IMG/VR virus record: IMGVR_UViG_3300048575_000247
Location: 1 to 36,173 of that record
Length of the DNA stretch: 36,173 nucleotides
Reading direction: 5' to 3' (one strand)
DNA from: a virus
Lineage: Duplodnaviria > Caudoviricetes
In this document: piece by piece, positions 35,300 through 36,173 of the stretch
How positions within the stretch are numbered: position 1 is the first letter of the stretch
Layout of the letters: every line of letters starts with the position of its first letter
Position numbers and translations under genes: made by a program
Notes under the pieces: model-generated
What the model saw: the letters and a program-made list of their open reading frames with translations, nothing else
Told to the model about the DNA's origin: nothing
The model's database searches: none

Positions 35300-36029
35300 C
35301 GGGGCTGGATTGGGCGACATCGCCGCCGAAGCGATCGGTCTTTCTCATGCCTGGTTTTGTGAGTGTGATCCATTCGCCCGCGCCGTGCTGGAAAGGCGCT
35401 GGCCGGGCGTCCCTGTCTTCCATGATGTGAGGGACGTCCATGCCAAAAGCGCCAAACGGGTCGATATCGTCATCGGCGGCTTCCCCTGCCAGGACATCAG
35501 CGTTGGAGGAAAAGGGGCGGGCATCACGGGGAAGCGATCCGGGCTATGGTCCGAATACGCCCGAATCCTTCGCGAGCTACGACCCCGGTACGCGGTCGTG
35601 GAGAACGTCAAAGCGCTCCTCGGCCGGGGCCTCGACCGCGTACTTGGGGACCTGGCCGAGATCGGGTATGATGCGGAATGGGACGTGTTTGCAGCGGCAG
35701 CCTTTGGTGCCCCGCACCTGCGTGAGCGAGTTATCCTTGTTGCCTACCCCGGTGGCCATCGAGGGCGAGCGCGTGCGCCAATACTGCCGCCGCCTGGAAA
35801 CCTGGCAATCCACGGGCAACCTGACGGCCCGGTTGATTGGAATGGCCTGCGGCTTGAAGGACCGCGAGCCCAGGCCGCCGTTTCGGCTCATCGCGGCCCC
35901 GTCGTTTGTCGAGTGGATGATGGGGGTCCCTATTGGCTGGACCGACTTAGGTGTCTCGGAAACGGCATCACGCCTGCCATGTTGCTGTGGGTTTTGGGAC
36001 AGGTCGTAGCGGATAAAAAGGCCGCCTAA
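35277..36029 (+). CDS. C5-cytosine DNA methyltransferase, alpha-like polypeptide, in the mom position
   Basis: Motifs SLFSGAG (I), GGFPCQ (IV), ENV (VI), HLRER (VIII), LGNG (X); TTG start with AGGAG. Confidence 0.92.
   Translation: MYVGSLFSGAGLGDIAAEAIGLSHAWFCECDPFARAVLERRWPGVPVFHDVRDVHAKSAKRVDIVIGGFPCQDISVGGKGAGITGKRSGLWSEYARILRELRPRYAVVENVKALLGRGLDRVLGDLAEIGYDAEWDVFAAAAFGAPHLRERVILVAYPGGHRGRARAPILPPPGNLAIHGQPDGPVDWNGLRLEGPRAQAAVSAHRGPVVCRVDDGGPYWLDRLRCLGNGITPAMLLWVLGQVVADKKAA
35440..36009 (+). CDS. Overprinted +1-frame beta-like MTase polypeptide (189 aa)
   Basis: GAGGGA before ATG; TWPRSGMMRNG, LLPTPVA and motif-IX-like FVEWMMGVPIGWTD. Confidence 0.72.
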   Translation: MPKAPNGSISSSAASPARTSALEEKGRASRGSDPGYGPNTPESFASYDPGTRSWRTSKRSSAGASTAYLGTWPRSGMMRNGTCLQRQPLVPRTCVSELSLLPTPVAIEGERVRQYCRRLETWQSTGNLTARLIGMACGLKDREPRPPFRLIAAPSFVEWMMGVPIGWTDLGVSETASRLPCCCGFWDRS

Positions 36030-36045
36030 ACCGGAGGCGGCTATA
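36016..36045. terminator. Hairpin at the MTase stop; possible terminator
   Basis: GCCGCCT (36021-36027)/AGGCGGC (36035-36041) with an A run on the 5' side, which gives a U-tract on the - strand. Confidence 0.5.
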
Positions 36046-36126
36046 TCAACCAAAATGAGAAATCGGCAGCCGCCAAGCGTTCTCACTTTGCCTGATACGA
36101 TTTCTCATTTTGGTTGAGCGCTCACA
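36046..36126. repeat. Prophage right end: R3, R2, R1 sites and terminal CA
   Basis: TCAACCAAAATGAGAAATCG (36046-36065) is the exact reverse complement of 36098-36117; a 14/20 copy lies at 36076-36095; CACA at 36123-36126. Confidence 0.85.
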
Positions 36127-36173
36127 GGCATGCCCGGATGGAGGCGTGGGCGATAGGGGGAATGGGACAGGGA

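Larger units (their letters stand above)
1..36126 (+). mobile_element. Mu-like transposable prophage with non-contractile tail; left end outside the window
   Basis: Adjacent MuA-like and MuB-like genes, Mu-type head gene order, com-MTase last, and a right end with three transposase-site-like repeats ending in CA. Confidence 0.95.

Overview
Nearly complete transposable (Mu-like) prophage on the + strand. The window starts inside the DDE transposase (the repressor/ner left end is not included) and ends at a Mu-type right end (R3/R2/R1 sites, terminal ...CA at about 36126), followed by about 47 bp of probable host DNA. Gene order: transposase A, ATPase B, early/accessory genes (DUF3164, HU, DUF2786, NUMOD4-like, GemA-like, HTH regulator), an AT-rich frameshifted moron, lysis, terminase, portal, MuF with a nuclease-like C-terminus, protease/scaffold, capsid, head-tail joining, a sheathless (siphovirus-type) tail with a probable -1 frameshift chaperone, tape measure, tail tip/fibre, patatin, com and a C5 DNA methyltransferase in place of mom. 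Main findings: (1) two type II hammerhead-ribozyme-like RNAs with covarying stems bracket a two-gene cassette in the early operon; (2) the methyltransferase looks like a two-polypeptide, M.EcoHK31I-like enzyme with its second subunit overprinted in the +1 frame, and its RBS lies in a Com-type hairpin; (3) a motif repeated three times with a fixed -10 spacing is a candidate late promoter, one copy apparently giving a leaderless mRNA. Family calls come from motifs recognised by eye plus synteny; no database search was run, and GC statements are visual estimates.
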